Assembly (NCBI GenBank): GCA_016720905.1
Contig: JADKJT010000017.1
Coordinates: 24,366-88,365, forward strand
Length of the DNA: 64,000 nucleotides
Direction of reading: 5' to 3'
DNA from: Gemmatimonadaceae bacterium
Lineage (GTDB): Bacteria; Gemmatimonadota; Gemmatimonadetes; Gemmatimonadales; Gemmatimonadaceae
In this document: one piece after another, positions 18,515-28,175 of the stretch
Layout: every line of letters starts with the position of its first letter
Numbering within the stretch: position 1 is the first letter of the stretch
The notes under the pieces: model-generated
The model's database searches: none
What the model saw: the letters and a program-made list of their open reading frames with translations, nothing else
Told to the model about the DNA's origin: nothing
Translations under genes and position numbers: made by a program

Positions 18515-20089
18515 CTAGAAGTGCATCGCGTTCGCATGCTCCCACGCCCGCGACATCCCCGTCGTGGCCGGACTGGTCAACAGCTGACCCGGCTCCAGGT
18601 GCGGATAGATGTCCGCATAGCTGCGGATTTCCATGGCGCTCACCCGCTTCATGATGAACCACGGCTTGAGTTCCTGGGGCTGCTGCAGCCCGGTGGCGCC
18701 CAGCACCTCGAAGAAGCTCTTCACGGTCTCACGATGATAGCGGGCCACGCGCTGTGACTTGTCGCCCACATGCAGCCCCGCCACCAGTTCGGGGTTTTGC
18801 GTGGCCACGCCCGTAGGGCAGTGATTGCTGTTGCAGCGCAGCGCCTGAATGCACCCAATGGCAAACAGCATGGCCCGAGCGGCATTACACATGTCGGCGC
18901 CTAGCGCCACTTTGGTGGCCAGTGCAAATCCGGTGTTCACCTTGCCCGAGGCAATCACGCGAATGCGGTCGCGCAGGTTGACGCCCACCAGCGCATTGTG
19001 CACGAATGACAGGCCTTCATTGAGCGGCGTCCCCACCGAGTCGGAGAATTCCAACGGGGCCGCGCCGGTGCCGCCCTCACCACCATCCACCGTGATGAAG
19101 TCCGGCGTGATCCCGGTGTCCAGCATCGCCTTCACAATGCCCAGAAATTCATGTCGCTTGCCCACGCACAACTTGAATCCAATAGGCTTGCCACCCGACG
19201 CATCACGCAGGCGCTTGATGAACAGCAACAGCTCGGTCGGCGTGGAGAATGCCGTGTGGGCGGGAGGCGAGATGACATCCTCACCGGGCACGACACCGCG
19301 AATCTCGACAATCTCCGGCGTCAACTTGGCCGCCGGCAGGATGCCCCCGTGTCCCGGCTTGGCGCCTTGCGACAGCTTGATCTCCACCATCTTCACATTG
19401 GGCAGCACCGCCTTGTTGGCGAACTCGGTCTCATTGAATCGACCCTGCTTGTCGCGACAGCTGAAGTACCCGGTGCCAATCTGCCAGAAGAGATCGCCGC
19501 CCGGTTCCATGTGATACGGGCTCAGGCCACCCTCACCCGTGTTGTGCGCAAAGTTGCCAAGCCTGGCGCCCGTGTTGAGGGCCAGAATGGCGTTCTTGCT
19601 GAGCGATCCATAGCTCATGCTCGACACGTTGAAAATCGACGCCGAGTACGGCTGCAGGCAGTCCGGGCCACCTACGGTAACGCGCGCATGCGTGGGATCG
19701 GGATGCACGGGGGCCAGCGAGTGGTTGATCCATTCGTAGCCCGTGGCATACACGTCCTTCTGCGTCCCGAAGGGCAGGGTATCGAGTTCTCCCTTTGCCC
19801 GTTGATAGATCACCGAGCGATCGTTGCGACTGAACGGCTTGCCGTCGCTGTTCGACTCGATGAAATACTGGTTCACTTCGGGACGGATCATCTCCAGCAA
19901 GTATCGCGCATGCCCGATGAGCGGGAAGTTGCGCTTGATGGCCTGCTTGGTTTGCACCATGTCGGCCACCCCGCGCGCGACCAGCGGCAGGACCACGACG
20001 TAGGTCCACAATATCGGCGGCCACGCGAACGAGATTCCCGCCACGGCAAGCACCAGGGCGGCTGACACGACAATGAAGAGGGTACGCAT
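18515..20089 (-). CDS. FMN-binding glutamate synthase family protein (GltB FMN-domain-like, membrane-anchored)
   Basis: 524 aa. Two N-terminal TM helices, then the family-typical blocks (FNVSSMSYGSLS, KLSQGAKPGHGG, ISPPAHTAF, ITVDGGEGGTGAAP, ASGKV, GADMCNAARAM). Confidence 0.85.
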   Translation of the reverse strand: MRTLFIVVSAALVLAVAGISFAWPPILWTYVVVLPLVARGVADMVQTKQAIKRNFPLIGHARYLLEMIRPEVNQYFIESNSDGKPFSRNDRSVIYQRAKGELDTLPFGTQKDVYATGYEWINHSLAPVHPDPTHARVTVGGPDCLQPYSASIFNVSSMSYGSLSKNAILALNTGARLGNFAHNTGEGGLSPYHMEPGGDLFWQIGTGYFSCRDKQGRFNETEFANKAVLPNVKMVEIKLSQGAKPGHGGILPAAKLTPEIVEIRGVVPGEDVISPPAHTAFSTPTELLLFIKRLRDASGGKPIGFKLCVGKRHEFLGIVKAMLDTGITPDFITVDGGEGGTGAAPLEFSDSVGTPLNEGLSFVHNALVGVNLRDRIRVIASGKVNTGFALATKVALGADMCNAARAMLFAIGCIQALRCNSNHCPTGVATQNPELVAGLHVGDKSQRVARYHRETVKSFFEVLGATGLQQPQELKPWFIMKRVSAMEIRSYADIYPHLEPGQLLTSPATTGMSRAWEHANAMHF

Positions 20090-20129
20090 GGAGTGATAGT
20101 ATCGGCCCCCAGCGTGCGGAGTTGAGTCG

Positions 20130-21587
20130 TTAGCGACCCAGCCCCAACTTGGTCCACACCCACACCGCGCATTGGTACTGCAGCTTCGTCATCAAGGTCC
20201 CAGGTAGCTTGGTCGCGCGACTGTACACCTCCACGGCCGCCACGCTGAGCGGATCGAGCGTCTCGACCGCTTCAACGGTTGTCGGATGGCCGTCAATCCG
20301 AAAGTCCACCTGATCGCGGATGGCCGCGCACTGCCGCGGTGTACCGATGCCAAAGACCAGGTTCTTCAGTCCGCGCCCCCGGATGGCAACATTGGGCACC
20401 GTGCGCAACACCGAGGAGAGATCCGGATATCGCTTGATGTCGGTTGAATCGCGAACCACTCCCGATCCGGTGCGCCGCCGCTCCTCGAAGTCACGGATTC
20501 GCACCGACATCACGGTTGCCCTCACCGTGACCGCTTCGAGGGTCTGCGCCGTGCTCATGGGAACTGTCAACCGCACGGTGTCGCCGGCCATCAGGTTGAT
20601 GAAGCTGGTGTACGGCTGCAGGCCAATGGACACGACGGTCACCTGTCTTGAACCCGCAGGGACATCGCGCACCATGAAACGGCCGTCCTCGCCGCTGCGG
20701 ACCTCAGCCATGGTTTCCACGGCGATGGCGGCGTTGGCGATGGGCGCACCGGCCGCATTGGTCACCAGGCCGATCACCACGCCGGTTGGCGTCGCGGCTG
20801 TTGGCGCGACGGGCATACTGTCGCGCGCAACACCAGACCCCGTGACGGCGGGAGCCGCCACTACTCGCGAGACGAGCACGTCACGTCTCCGAACCCGCAC
20901 GGTGGTGGCCTCCAGCTCAAGCGCGCTTACCGAAAGCGTATCCGCCGAATCCAGCGCTGCGCGCAACGTGAGCGGCGTGCCGGCAGGTACGCCGCACAAC
21001 GCAAATTCTCCGCGGGCATCAGTGATGGATTGCCGACGCCAGCGCCGCTGCCCGATGCTGGCCAGCGAACTGCCGCCGCCCACCAGATCAATCCACGACA
21101 CGTCAACCAGGGCACCCGCCTGCGCAAGCCCGCCAACCGCGTCGCGCACCGTGCCGTACACCAGGGCGCTGTCACGGGGGGCGGGCACCTCACCGCACGC
21201 CGCGCGCCACAGCGTTTCGAACGACGGCACGGCGAGAACAACCTTCGGTGTCTTCGGCTGCACCATCACGCGTGCCGACACGCCGGAAAGGCCGAGACTG
21301 TCAAACGCGGCATGCTGCATGGTGAACTGCTGTTGGCCCTCGGGCACGCTATCGAGCCGAAATCGTCCCTTCTCATCGCTGGTGGTGCTTCGACTGGTTC
21401 CAACAACGGAGATGAACGCATCGCGCAGCGGTCGTTTGGCCAGACTGTCGTAGGCCATGCCTTCCACTCGAGCGAGACGTGCGGTCGATTGCGCCGACGC
21501 GTACGATGCCGCCGCCGTCGCGGCACTGACGAGCGCCCACAGCGCAGTCAGCACGCGCCGCACATTCGGCCGGTGGATGCGTTTCAT
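20130..21587 (-). CDS. CarboxypepD_reg-repeat protein with C-terminal Plug-like domain (no beta-barrel), paralogue 1
   Basis: Start ATG 21587 (MKRIHRPN...) overlaps the upstream stop (ATGA). Signal peptide. Repeated carboxypeptidase-regulatory-like units (TTSDEKGRFRLDSVPEG, TDARGEFALCGVPAG, SGEDGRFMVRDVPAG). The C-terminus (LRTVPNVAIRG...RIDGHP...VEVY...CAVWVWTK) resembles a TonB-receptor plug. Confidence 0.7.
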   Translation of the reverse strand: MKRIHRPNVRRVLTALWALVSAATAAASYASAQSTARLARVEGMAYDSLAKRPLRDAFISVVGTSRSTTSDEKGRFRLDSVPEGQQQFTMQHAAFDSLGLSGVSARVMVQPKTPKVVLAVPSFETLWRAACGEVPAPRDSALVYGTVRDAVGGLAQAGALVDVSWIDLVGGGSSLASIGQRRWRRQSITDARGEFALCGVPAGTPLTLRAALDSADTLSVSALELEATTVRVRRRDVLVSRVVAAPAVTGSGVARDSMPVAPTAATPTGVVIGLVTNAAGAPIANAAIAVETMAEVRSGEDGRFMVRDVPAGSRQVTVVSIGLQPYTSFINLMAGDTVRLTVPMSTAQTLEAVTVRATVMSVRIRDFEERRRTGSGVVRDSTDIKRYPDLSSVLRTVPNVAIRGRGLKNLVFGIGTPRQCAAIRDQVDFRIDGHPTTVEAVETLDPLSVAAVEVYSRATKLPGTLMTKLQYQCAVWVWTKLGLGR

Positions 21588-23053
21588 TTTCCGAGCGCCG
21601 CCTTGGTCCAGACGACTATGGTGCACTTGGCTGGAATGACCAGATCGGAGGGATACAGTCGACGATAGACTTCGACCACCGCGACCTCCCGGTTATCGAT
21701 CAACGGGAGTTGATCGAGCAGCGCCGGGTGACCATCAAGCACGAGCCGGAACGAGGGGCAGACACGCCCCGCCGACAAGGCAAACCGCCCAGGAGTACCA
21801 CGAACGTCGAGGAACGGGATCGTGGTGAGGGCGGTGTACATGGTCGCGTACTTCCCAACCTCGGTGGAATCACGGATGGTGCCAAGCCCAAGCCGCTTAT
21901 GGTCCTCGATGGTGCGCTCGCGCATACCCACTATGGTATTGGCCTTCACCTTCACGGCTGACAGTGTCTGCACACTGGTCATCGGCACCACCAACTGCGC
22001 CGTGTCGCCCACGCGCACGTCAAACGTCACCACGTACGGCTGCATCCCGATCACCACCACAGCGGCCTGGCGAGTGCCGGGCGGTACGTGTCTCACCAAA
22101 AACCGACCGTTCTCACCTGTACGGACTTCCGGCATCGTGTCGATGGCCACCGCCGCATTCGACAGCGGCAGCCCTGCCGCGTTGGTGACAATGCCGCTCA
22201 CGGTACCGGTGGACTGGTCCAACTCGCTGTCTGTTGGCGGCCGGGAACCGGTCGCGCGTCCCGGCACCGAATCAGCTGACCGAGCAAAGCCAACGCCGGT
22301 GCGTGTTGCCACCAGCAGGTCGAGCCGACGTACCCGCGACGCGATGGGTGTCAATTCGATTGACGTCACCGGCGCCGAATCGCGATGGGCCTGCAGCGTC
22401 AAGGCGGTATTCGCCGGTACACCGCACAAGGCATACTCGCCGCGTTCATCGGTGTTCGCGAGGCGGTGCCATCGTCGCTGACCAATGCTGGCCAGGGAAT
22501 TCCCGCCGCCGACGAGATCCACCCACGACGCGTCTACCGTCGCACCTGCGATTTCGCGTTGTGTGCCAAGATCGCGCACCGTGCCGTACATCAACGCACT
22601 GTCCCGCGGCGCAGGGATCTCGCCGCACGCGGCGCGCCACAGCGTTCCGAACGACGGCACCGCGAGCACCACACGCGGCATGCCGCGCTGCACCAACACG
22701 CGCGAGGACATCCCCGACAGCCCGAGGCTGTCAAACGCCGCGTGTTGCATGGTGAACAGCTGCGGACCTTCCGGAACACTGTCCATGCGAAAGCGCCCCT
22801 TGTCATCAGTAGTGGCGGTTCTGCCGATCGCCACGATGGAGACAAAGGCCTGGCGCAAGGGCACTCTGGCCAGGCTGTCATAGGCGATGCCGTCAACGCG
22901 AAACAGGCGCGGCGCATCCTGTGCGTCGGCGCACGAAGCCGCGAAGGCCAGGCCACCAATGCTCGCCAGGCTCATCAGCGCGGTACGTCGAAGTCCAGCC
23001 AAGCGGCTAGGTGGCCGCGACACGCGTGCCGTGGATGAAGGCATCAGCATCAA
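21584..23053 (-). CDS. CarboxypepD_reg-repeat protein with C-terminal Plug-like domain, paralogue 2
   Basis: Readily alignable with the downstream paralogue (e.g. FTMQHAAFDSLGLSG, LAVPSF.TLWRAACGE.PAPRDSAL.YGTVRD, SLASIGQRRW). Ends CTIVVWTK. Confidence 0.7.
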   Translation of the reverse strand: MMLMPSSTARVSRPPSRLAGLRRTALMSLASIGGLAFAASCADAQDAPRLFRVDGIAYDSLARVPLRQAFVSIVAIGRTATTDDKGRFRMDSVPEGPQLFTMQHAAFDSLGLSGMSSRVLVQRGMPRVVLAVPSFGTLWRAACGEIPAPRDSALMYGTVRDLGTQREIAGATVDASWVDLVGGGNSLASIGQRRWHRLANTDERGEYALCGVPANTALTLQAHRDSAPVTSIELTPIASRVRRLDLLVATRTGVGFARSADSVPGRATGSRPPTDSELDQSTGTVSGIVTNAAGLPLSNAAVAIDTMPEVRTGENGRFLVRHVPPGTRQAAVVVIGMQPYVVTFDVRVGDTAQLVVPMTSVQTLSAVKVKANTIVGMRERTIEDHKRLGLGTIRDSTEVGKYATMYTALTTIPFLDVRGTPGRFALSAGRVCPSFRLVLDGHPALLDQLPLIDNREVAVVEVYRRLYPSDLVIPAKCTIVVWTKAALGK

Positions 23054-23071
23054 TCGTCTTGCCTCCCGTGC

Positions 23072-24244
23072 CTACGGCACGATCCCCGCCAGCGCTTGGC
23101 GGAAATGCACCCGTTGCCGCTCCCGCTGCGTTTCGTCAAACCATTCCAGTTTGTCCAGCATGGACAATGCGTCAGTGAGCGCGCGCCGGGCCGCGCCATT
23201 GTCGCGACGCGCCAGCAATCCATCGGCCAGCAGCGCGTAACCCAGCAGCTCTTCGGGGTACGCGGCGGTCATGCGTTGCCCGGCCACCACCGCCGAGTCA
23301 AGCGCACCGCGCGCCAAATATCCGCGCACCACCTCAGCCATCCACTTGGACGACGGTGCAACGCCAAATCCGACGCGTGCGCTGACCACGGCAAGCGCCT
23401 GGTCCAGCACGTTCCGCGGATCGCCACGGTGCCCGATCAGGCTGTCGGCCGCCGTGCGACCGAGCTCCCACATCGCGGTCGCAAACACGAATCGCAGTCC
23501 CGCCGGGATCGTGACGAAGGGCGTCTCGGTGTGGCCAAGCCCGTCACCGTTCACCCGCGTGACGCGCCAGCGCGAGTCGAGGGAATCGCGCACAAATCCT
23601 TCCAGGCGAACGACGCCGGCCAGGCTGCGCGACTCGAGACTGCCGGCGGACAATACCAACTGTCGCACGCGTGTCGGTACCTGCTCCGCCTGCTGGCGCA
23701 AACACGACGTCACCGCTTGGGCAACCGAATCAGATACTGACGGGCTGATTGCAATGGTCGACGAGAACTGCTGCGGAGCCCGACACAGTGCCAACAACGC
23801 AAACCGCCCTCCCAGCGAGTGCCCGATCAACGTGCGATAGGGCACCGTGCGATACTCCCGATCGACATAGGGCAGCAATTCGTCGGTGAGAAAGCGCAGG
23901 AACGCCACATCATTGCGCGAGAGGTCAACACTCCGGTCGCCCTGCTCAATCCCCACCACAATCTGCGGTGGCATGGCAAAGTCGCGCGCATCACCAACCA
24001 GATCGTAGCCAACCGCGGCCACGGCCAGATCGAAAAACGGCCGCGCCTGTCCATCCAGCAACACCACCACGGGATACCGTTGCCGGGCCAATCGATAGTT
24101 GGGCGGCACGCTGATGTGCACCACGCGCGTTTCGCCCAGCACCCTGGAGGGAAGGCGCACCACGCGCGCCTGCGCGCCAGCCGTGGAGGCGCTGAACCAC
24201 GCAAGCGCCAGCACCAGTCGCTGAGCCAGCGAACGAGGCGCCAC
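23072..24244 (-). CDS. exported alpha/beta hydrolase (putative-esterase family) with C-terminal helical-repeat extension
   Basis: GTG 24244 overlaps the upstream stop (TAGTG) and gives the signal peptide VAPRSLAQRLVLALAWFSASTAGAQA. YPVVVLLDGQ and the nucleophile elbow GHSLGG are present. The C-terminal ~130 aa are TPR-like. Confidence 0.7.
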   Translation of the reverse strand: MAPRSLAQRLVLALAWFSASTAGAQARVVRLPSRVLGETRVVHISVPPNYRLARQRYPVVVLLDGQARPFFDLAVAAVGYDLVGDARDFAMPPQIVVGIEQGDRSVDLSRNDVAFLRFLTDELLPYVDREYRTVPYRTLIGHSLGGRFALLALCRAPQQFSSTIAISPSVSDSVAQAVTSCLRQQAEQVPTRVRQLVLSAGSLESRSLAGVVRLEGFVRDSLDSRWRVTRVNGDGLGHTETPFVTIPAGLRFVFATAMWELGRTAADSLIGHRGDPRNVLDQALAVVSARVGFGVAPSSKWMAEVVRGYLARGALDSAVVAGQRMTAAYPEELLGYALLADGLLARRDNGAARRALTDALSMLDKLEWFDETQRERQRVHFRQALAGIVP

Positions 24245-25020
24245 TATTTCTTGCGTGCCGCGATCCAGGCGGGCACGTTGGCCAGCAGCGGTTGGAATAT
24301 CGTGTCGTCCAACGGCACGTCGGTCTTGATCTCCGAGTAGAGCTCTCGCTGGGCCATCCGGCCGCCCTGATAGAACACGATCTCGGACTCCACCCACCCC
24401 TGTCCCGCGCGCGCGTACTGCGCCACGCGTGTGTCGGCGATTCCCGCACCCGGACGCGCTTCCTTCTCGATGAGTCGCACCACGAGCTGCCGGTCGTTCT
24501 CAATCCAGAACTGCGACGATATCGAGTCGCCAACGCCAGCACCGATGACCGTGACCGGCCTCCCCATGTACGAATCGGTGCGCGACCGGGAGAGATCGAT
24601 GCCCAATCCGACGACTTTGGCGATGGTCGTGGCCGGATCGTTTTCGGCAATGTCGGTGAACAGCACCATCAGCGGGTGCACGAACGGTCGACCCACCACG
24701 TTGCGGCCTGCGCGGCCCTGATACATCGAGTCACGTCGCACCAGCATCAACCGGGCGTTGGCGTCGCCCGGCGCGATGTCAATGCGCAGCAGACCGGGCG
24801 CCTTGAGCGACTCGTACCAGATTTCCTTTCGGCCATCGCCGAATTGCGTTTCCTGAACGAAGGTCAGCGTTTTGTAGGTCTTGCCGTGCCACCGGGCGTG
24901 GATGCTGCGGATGGCCGTTTCGCCAACGGATTGGGCCGCGACGGCAACCGGACCGGTCACCAATGCGATCGCGGTACCCAGCGACAGTGCCACGCGAATT
25001 CCAAGGCGGCGCCGTCGCAC
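24244..25020 (-). CDS. hypothetical exported protein (LolA/lipoprotein-sorting-like fold suspected)
   Basis: 258 aa, signal peptide (RVALSLGTAIALVTGPVAVAAQ). Beta-rich sequence of the kind seen in outer-membrane lipoprotein-sorting-like proteins. No catalytic motif recognised. Lies in the same operon as the TetR gene and the esterase. Confidence 0.45.
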   Translation of the reverse strand: MRRRRLGIRVALSLGTAIALVTGPVAVAAQSVGETAIRSIHARWHGKTYKTLTFVQETQFGDGRKEIWYESLKAPGLLRIDIAPGDANARLMLVRRDSMYQGRAGRNVVGRPFVHPLMVLFTDIAENDPATTIAKVVGLGIDLSRSRTDSYMGRPVTVIGAGVGDSISSQFWIENDRQLVVRLIEKEARPGAGIADTRVAQYARAGQGWVESEIVFYQGGRMAQRELYSEIKTDVPLDDTIFQPLLANVPAWIAARKK

Positions 25021-25022
25021 GG

Positions 25023-25670
25023 TCAGGCCACCTGCAGGTAGGCGCGCATGGCACCGGTGAGGTGATCCACCAGTTCATCGTCGGTGACCTGTGGCTCGTC
25101 GCCACGGTGATCGTTGAACAGGATCACCGACTGTACCGTCGATTCCATCATGACGACCGCCATGGGAATGGCATGCAACGGATCGGCGTGGCGCCACTCC
25201 GCGCGACGCGCTTCGAGCAGGGCACTGAGTCGCTGCAACGCCGGCAATTGCAGTTGCGCGGCGTACGGTTTGAACTCCGGCGCGGGACGACCCCGCACAT
25301 ACAACAACAACGCTTTCAGCAGCTTGCGATTCTTGCGATAGTGCAGCACCCGCGACTGCACCCACCCCCGAATGACTTCGGCGGCGGGTCGCCCGTCCCA
25401 CATGGCGTCGGAGAACGCGCGATCAAAGGTGACGCGACCGCGCTTGAAGAACCGCTCGTACCAGAACAGCAGCAGGGCGTCCTTGTCAGGAAAGCGCCCA
25501 TAGAACGTTCCCACGGCCACACCCGCGCGCTCACAAATCTCCGAGACGGTCGCCTGCGCAATGCCCACCTCGGCGAACACGTGTTCGGCGGCGGCCAGTA
25601 GGGCCTCCTGCGTTTCGCGGCTGCGGGCCTGCTGCGGCGGGGTGGGCGTGAGGAGCCGGGATTTGTGCAT
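25023..25670 (-). CDS. TetR/AcrR family transcriptional regulator
   Basis: Start moved to ATG 25670. TetR helix-turn-helix (ALLAAAEHVFAEVGIAQATVSEICERAGVAVGTFYGRFPDKDALL). Confidence 0.85.
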   Translation of the reverse strand: MHKSRLLTPTPPQQARSRETQEALLAAAEHVFAEVGIAQATVSEICERAGVAVGTFYGRFPDKDALLLFWYERFFKRGRVTFDRAFSDAMWDGRPAAEVIRGWVQSRVLHYRKNRKLLKALLLYVRGRPAPEFKPYAAQLQLPALQRLSALLEARRAEWRHADPLHAIPMAVVMMESTVQSVILFNDHRGDEPQVTDDELVDHLTGAMRAYLQVA

Positions 25671-25687
25671 CCTGTCCGGGAGAGGGT

Positions 25688-25707
25688 ATCCGAATACGTA
25701 TTCGGAT
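25688..25707. promoter_or_regulatory. perfect 20-bp palindrome, probable TetR operator
   Basis: ATCCGAATACGTATTCGGAT is exactly self-complementary. It lies 17 nt upstream of the TetR ATG, in the divergent region shared with the S9 peptidase gene. Confidence 0.6.
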
Positions 25708-25862
25708 TCAAATTGTGGCCCGGTTGACGGGCGGTCAAGTCGGTGGTGACCAGACGCGTCGGCCGGGGCCGCAGTCACTCATCAAGGGCCGCGCGGTGCG
25801 GTAGCTTTTGCCAGTCCAGTCGCAGGGTCATCAGCTGCAGAACCTTCTTCACGAGGTGGTTC

Positions 25863-28157
25863 GTGGTTCTCGTCCGCAAAGTTGGCACGTTCGCCTGCTG
25901 GTTGCTGGCACTCCCCCTGGTGATCGCGAGCGCCCAGTCGGCGGCCACCAAACGCCCCATGTCATGGATGGATCAGCAACGCATGCGCGCCGCCGGTGCT
26001 CCCGCCGTGTCGCCTGACGGGAAGTGGGTCCTGTATACCGTCACCACGCCCGACTGGAAAGACGCGCGCACGCAATCCGACGTGTATCTCGTCTCGGCGG
26101 AACGGGGATTGCCCAGCACACGCCAGCTCACCTATACGCGTGACAAAAATGAAGCCAGCCCGCGCTGGTTGCCCAACGGTCAGGCGTTTGTATTCGCCTC
26201 CAATCGTGAAGCGCCGGCAGCCCAGGCGGCGCAACAACAGCTGTTCGTGATGCGCCCGGATGGCGGTGAAGCGCGCCGCATCACGGACGCCAAGGACGGT
26301 GTGTCCACCTTTGCCGTGGGTGCGGACGGGAAGTGGCTGGTGTACCGCACGGGCAAGGCTGACGAGGAGCAACTCTACGCCATCGCCATTGCGGAGATCG
26401 CGGCCGGAACGCCGGTGGACTCGCTCAAGCCAACCCAGCTGACCAAACATCCCACGGGCGTGGGGCCGTGGCGCTTTGCGCCCGATGCGAAGCGTGTGTA
26501 CTTCACCACCGCCGACACGGTGGACAAGGACGAGAAGACGCGCGTGGAGAAGAAGTTCACCGTGAACGTGCGCAACGCCGAAGCGCCGGTGTCGTCACTG
26601 TGGGCGGTTGATCTCAGCGGCGGTGCGGCGCGACCCGCTACGCGTCTGACGCGCGACACAACATATGCCGTGACGGGATTCACCGTGTCGCCGGACTCGC
26701 GCTATGTGGGCTTCACCGGGGTGGCCAACAACCGCTACAAGCGCAACATCACCGAGCAGGGCATCTATGGCGATCTGTACCTGCTGGACACGCAGACCAA
26801 CACCGTCGAGCGACTGACGAACAACGCCGAGACCGGCGAAAGCGCCTTGTCCTTCTCGCCCGACTCGAAGTCGATGGCCTTCTCGGCGTCGGACGACATG
26901 ACGGCGTACAACATGAAGAATGCGCGCGTCTACTGGCGCGGGGTGGCCGACAAGGGCGCGGCGTGGCGCAAGCTGGGTGATCTCGATGGCGACGTCAGCG
27001 TCGGATGGTGGTCGCGCGATGCAAAGACGATCTATTTCAACGAAGGATGGCGCGCCACCAACCAGCTGTTCGCGCTGGACGTGGCCAGTGGGAAGGTGCG
27101 TCAACTCACGGATGTGAAGGCCTCGCTGTCGGTCAGTGAGGATGAAGACACGCGCCGCCTGATGGTGAACTACTCCGATCCCGCCACGCCACCGACGATG
27201 TTCACGGTGAACACGCTCGACGATATCACCTCGCGGGCGAAGTGGGTCGCACTCACCGATCCCAATCCGTGGATTCGCGAGCAAGTGGCCCTGGGTGAAG
27301 AGAGTGAAGTCACCTGGAAGTCGAAGGACGGCAAGATGGTGGGCGGTGTGCTGGTCAAGCCGGTGGGGTACGTGCCGGGCAGGAAGTACCCGCTGCTGGT
27401 GGCGATTCACGGCGGGCCGGCCGGGGCAGATCTGCTCAGCTTCAACGGGGGTTATGGCGCGCAGACGTACGCGGGGCAGGGGTGGGTGATCCTGCAGCCC
27501 AACTATCGCGGCTCGACCAACTACGGCGAAGCGCACAAGAACGGCATTGTGGGGAACTACTTCCCGCCCGGCTATGACGACATCATGACGGGTGTCGATG
27601 CCCTCATCGCGCAAGGGATGGTGGACTCCACGAAGATGGGTGTGCTGGGGTGGAGCGCGGGTGGCCACTGGTCCAACTGGATTCTCACGCACACCAACCG
27701 CTTCAAGGGCATCTCGTCGGGCGCTGGTACATCGAACTGGATTTCCATGTATGCGCAGTCCGACGTGCAACGCAATCGCCAGTACTATCTGGGCAACAAG
27801 CTACCCTATGACGACTTCGACGCGTACTGGAAGCAGTCACCCATCAAGTACATCAAGAATGCGAAGACGCCCACCATGATTCATGTGGTGGAGGGCGACC
27901 CGCGCGTGCCGAGTCCCCAGAGTGTGGAGCTGCACATGGCGCTCAAGCGACTCGGGGTGCCCACGGAGCTGTTCATGTATCCGGGCGCGTCGCACGGCAT
28001 TCCCGATGCGCGCAATCGACTGGTGAAGAGCGAAGCCGAGATGGCGTGGATGAACTACTGGGTGCTCGGAACCGGTACCAAGTTCTCGTGGCGAGATGTC
28101 CTGAAGACGCTTGAAGATGCGCCGGCGGAGACCAAGCCGACCATCAGGGGACCGTGA
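25863..28157 (+). CDS. S9 family serine peptidase (prolyl oligopeptidase / acylaminoacyl-peptidase type)
   Basis: N-terminal beta-propeller and C-terminal alpha/beta hydrolase with GWSAGGHWSNW (GxSxGG nucleophile), then later Asp and His (PGASHG). The ORF opens at 25743. The start is uncertain: GTG 25863, preceded by GAGGTGG, gives a signal peptide (VVLVRKVGTFACWLLALPLVIASAQS). Confidence 0.85.
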   Translation: MVLVRKVGTFACWLLALPLVIASAQSAATKRPMSWMDQQRMRAAGAPAVSPDGKWVLYTVTTPDWKDARTQSDVYLVSAERGLPSTRQLTYTRDKNEASPRWLPNGQAFVFASNREAPAAQAAQQQLFVMRPDGGEARRITDAKDGVSTFAVGADGKWLVYRTGKADEEQLYAIAIAEIAAGTPVDSLKPTQLTKHPTGVGPWRFAPDAKRVYFTTADTVDKDEKTRVEKKFTVNVRNAEAPVSSLWAVDLSGGAARPATRLTRDTTYAVTGFTVSPDSRYVGFTGVANNRYKRNITEQGIYGDLYLLDTQTNTVERLTNNAETGESALSFSPDSKSMAFSASDDMTAYNMKNARVYWRGVADKGAAWRKLGDLDGDVSVGWWSRDAKTIYFNEGWRATNQLFALDVASGKVRQLTDVKASLSVSEDEDTRRLMVNYSDPATPPTMFTVNTLDDITSRAKWVALTDPNPWIREQVALGEESEVTWKSKDGKMVGGVLVKPVGYVPGRKYPLLVAIHGGPAGADLLSFNGGYGAQTYAGQGWVILQPNYRGSTNYGEAHKNGIVGNYFPPGYDDIMTGVDALIAQGMVDSTKMGVLGWSAGGHWSNWILTHTNRFKGISSGAGTSNWISMYAQSDVQRNRQYYLGNKLPYDDFDAYWKQSPIKYIKNAKTPTMIHVVEGDPRVPSPQSVELHMALKRLGVPTELFMYPGASHGIPDARNRLVKSEAEMAWMNYWVLGTGTKFSWRDVLKTLEDAPAETKPTIRGP

Positions 28158-28175
28158 GCGTATTGCGGTCGTAGT

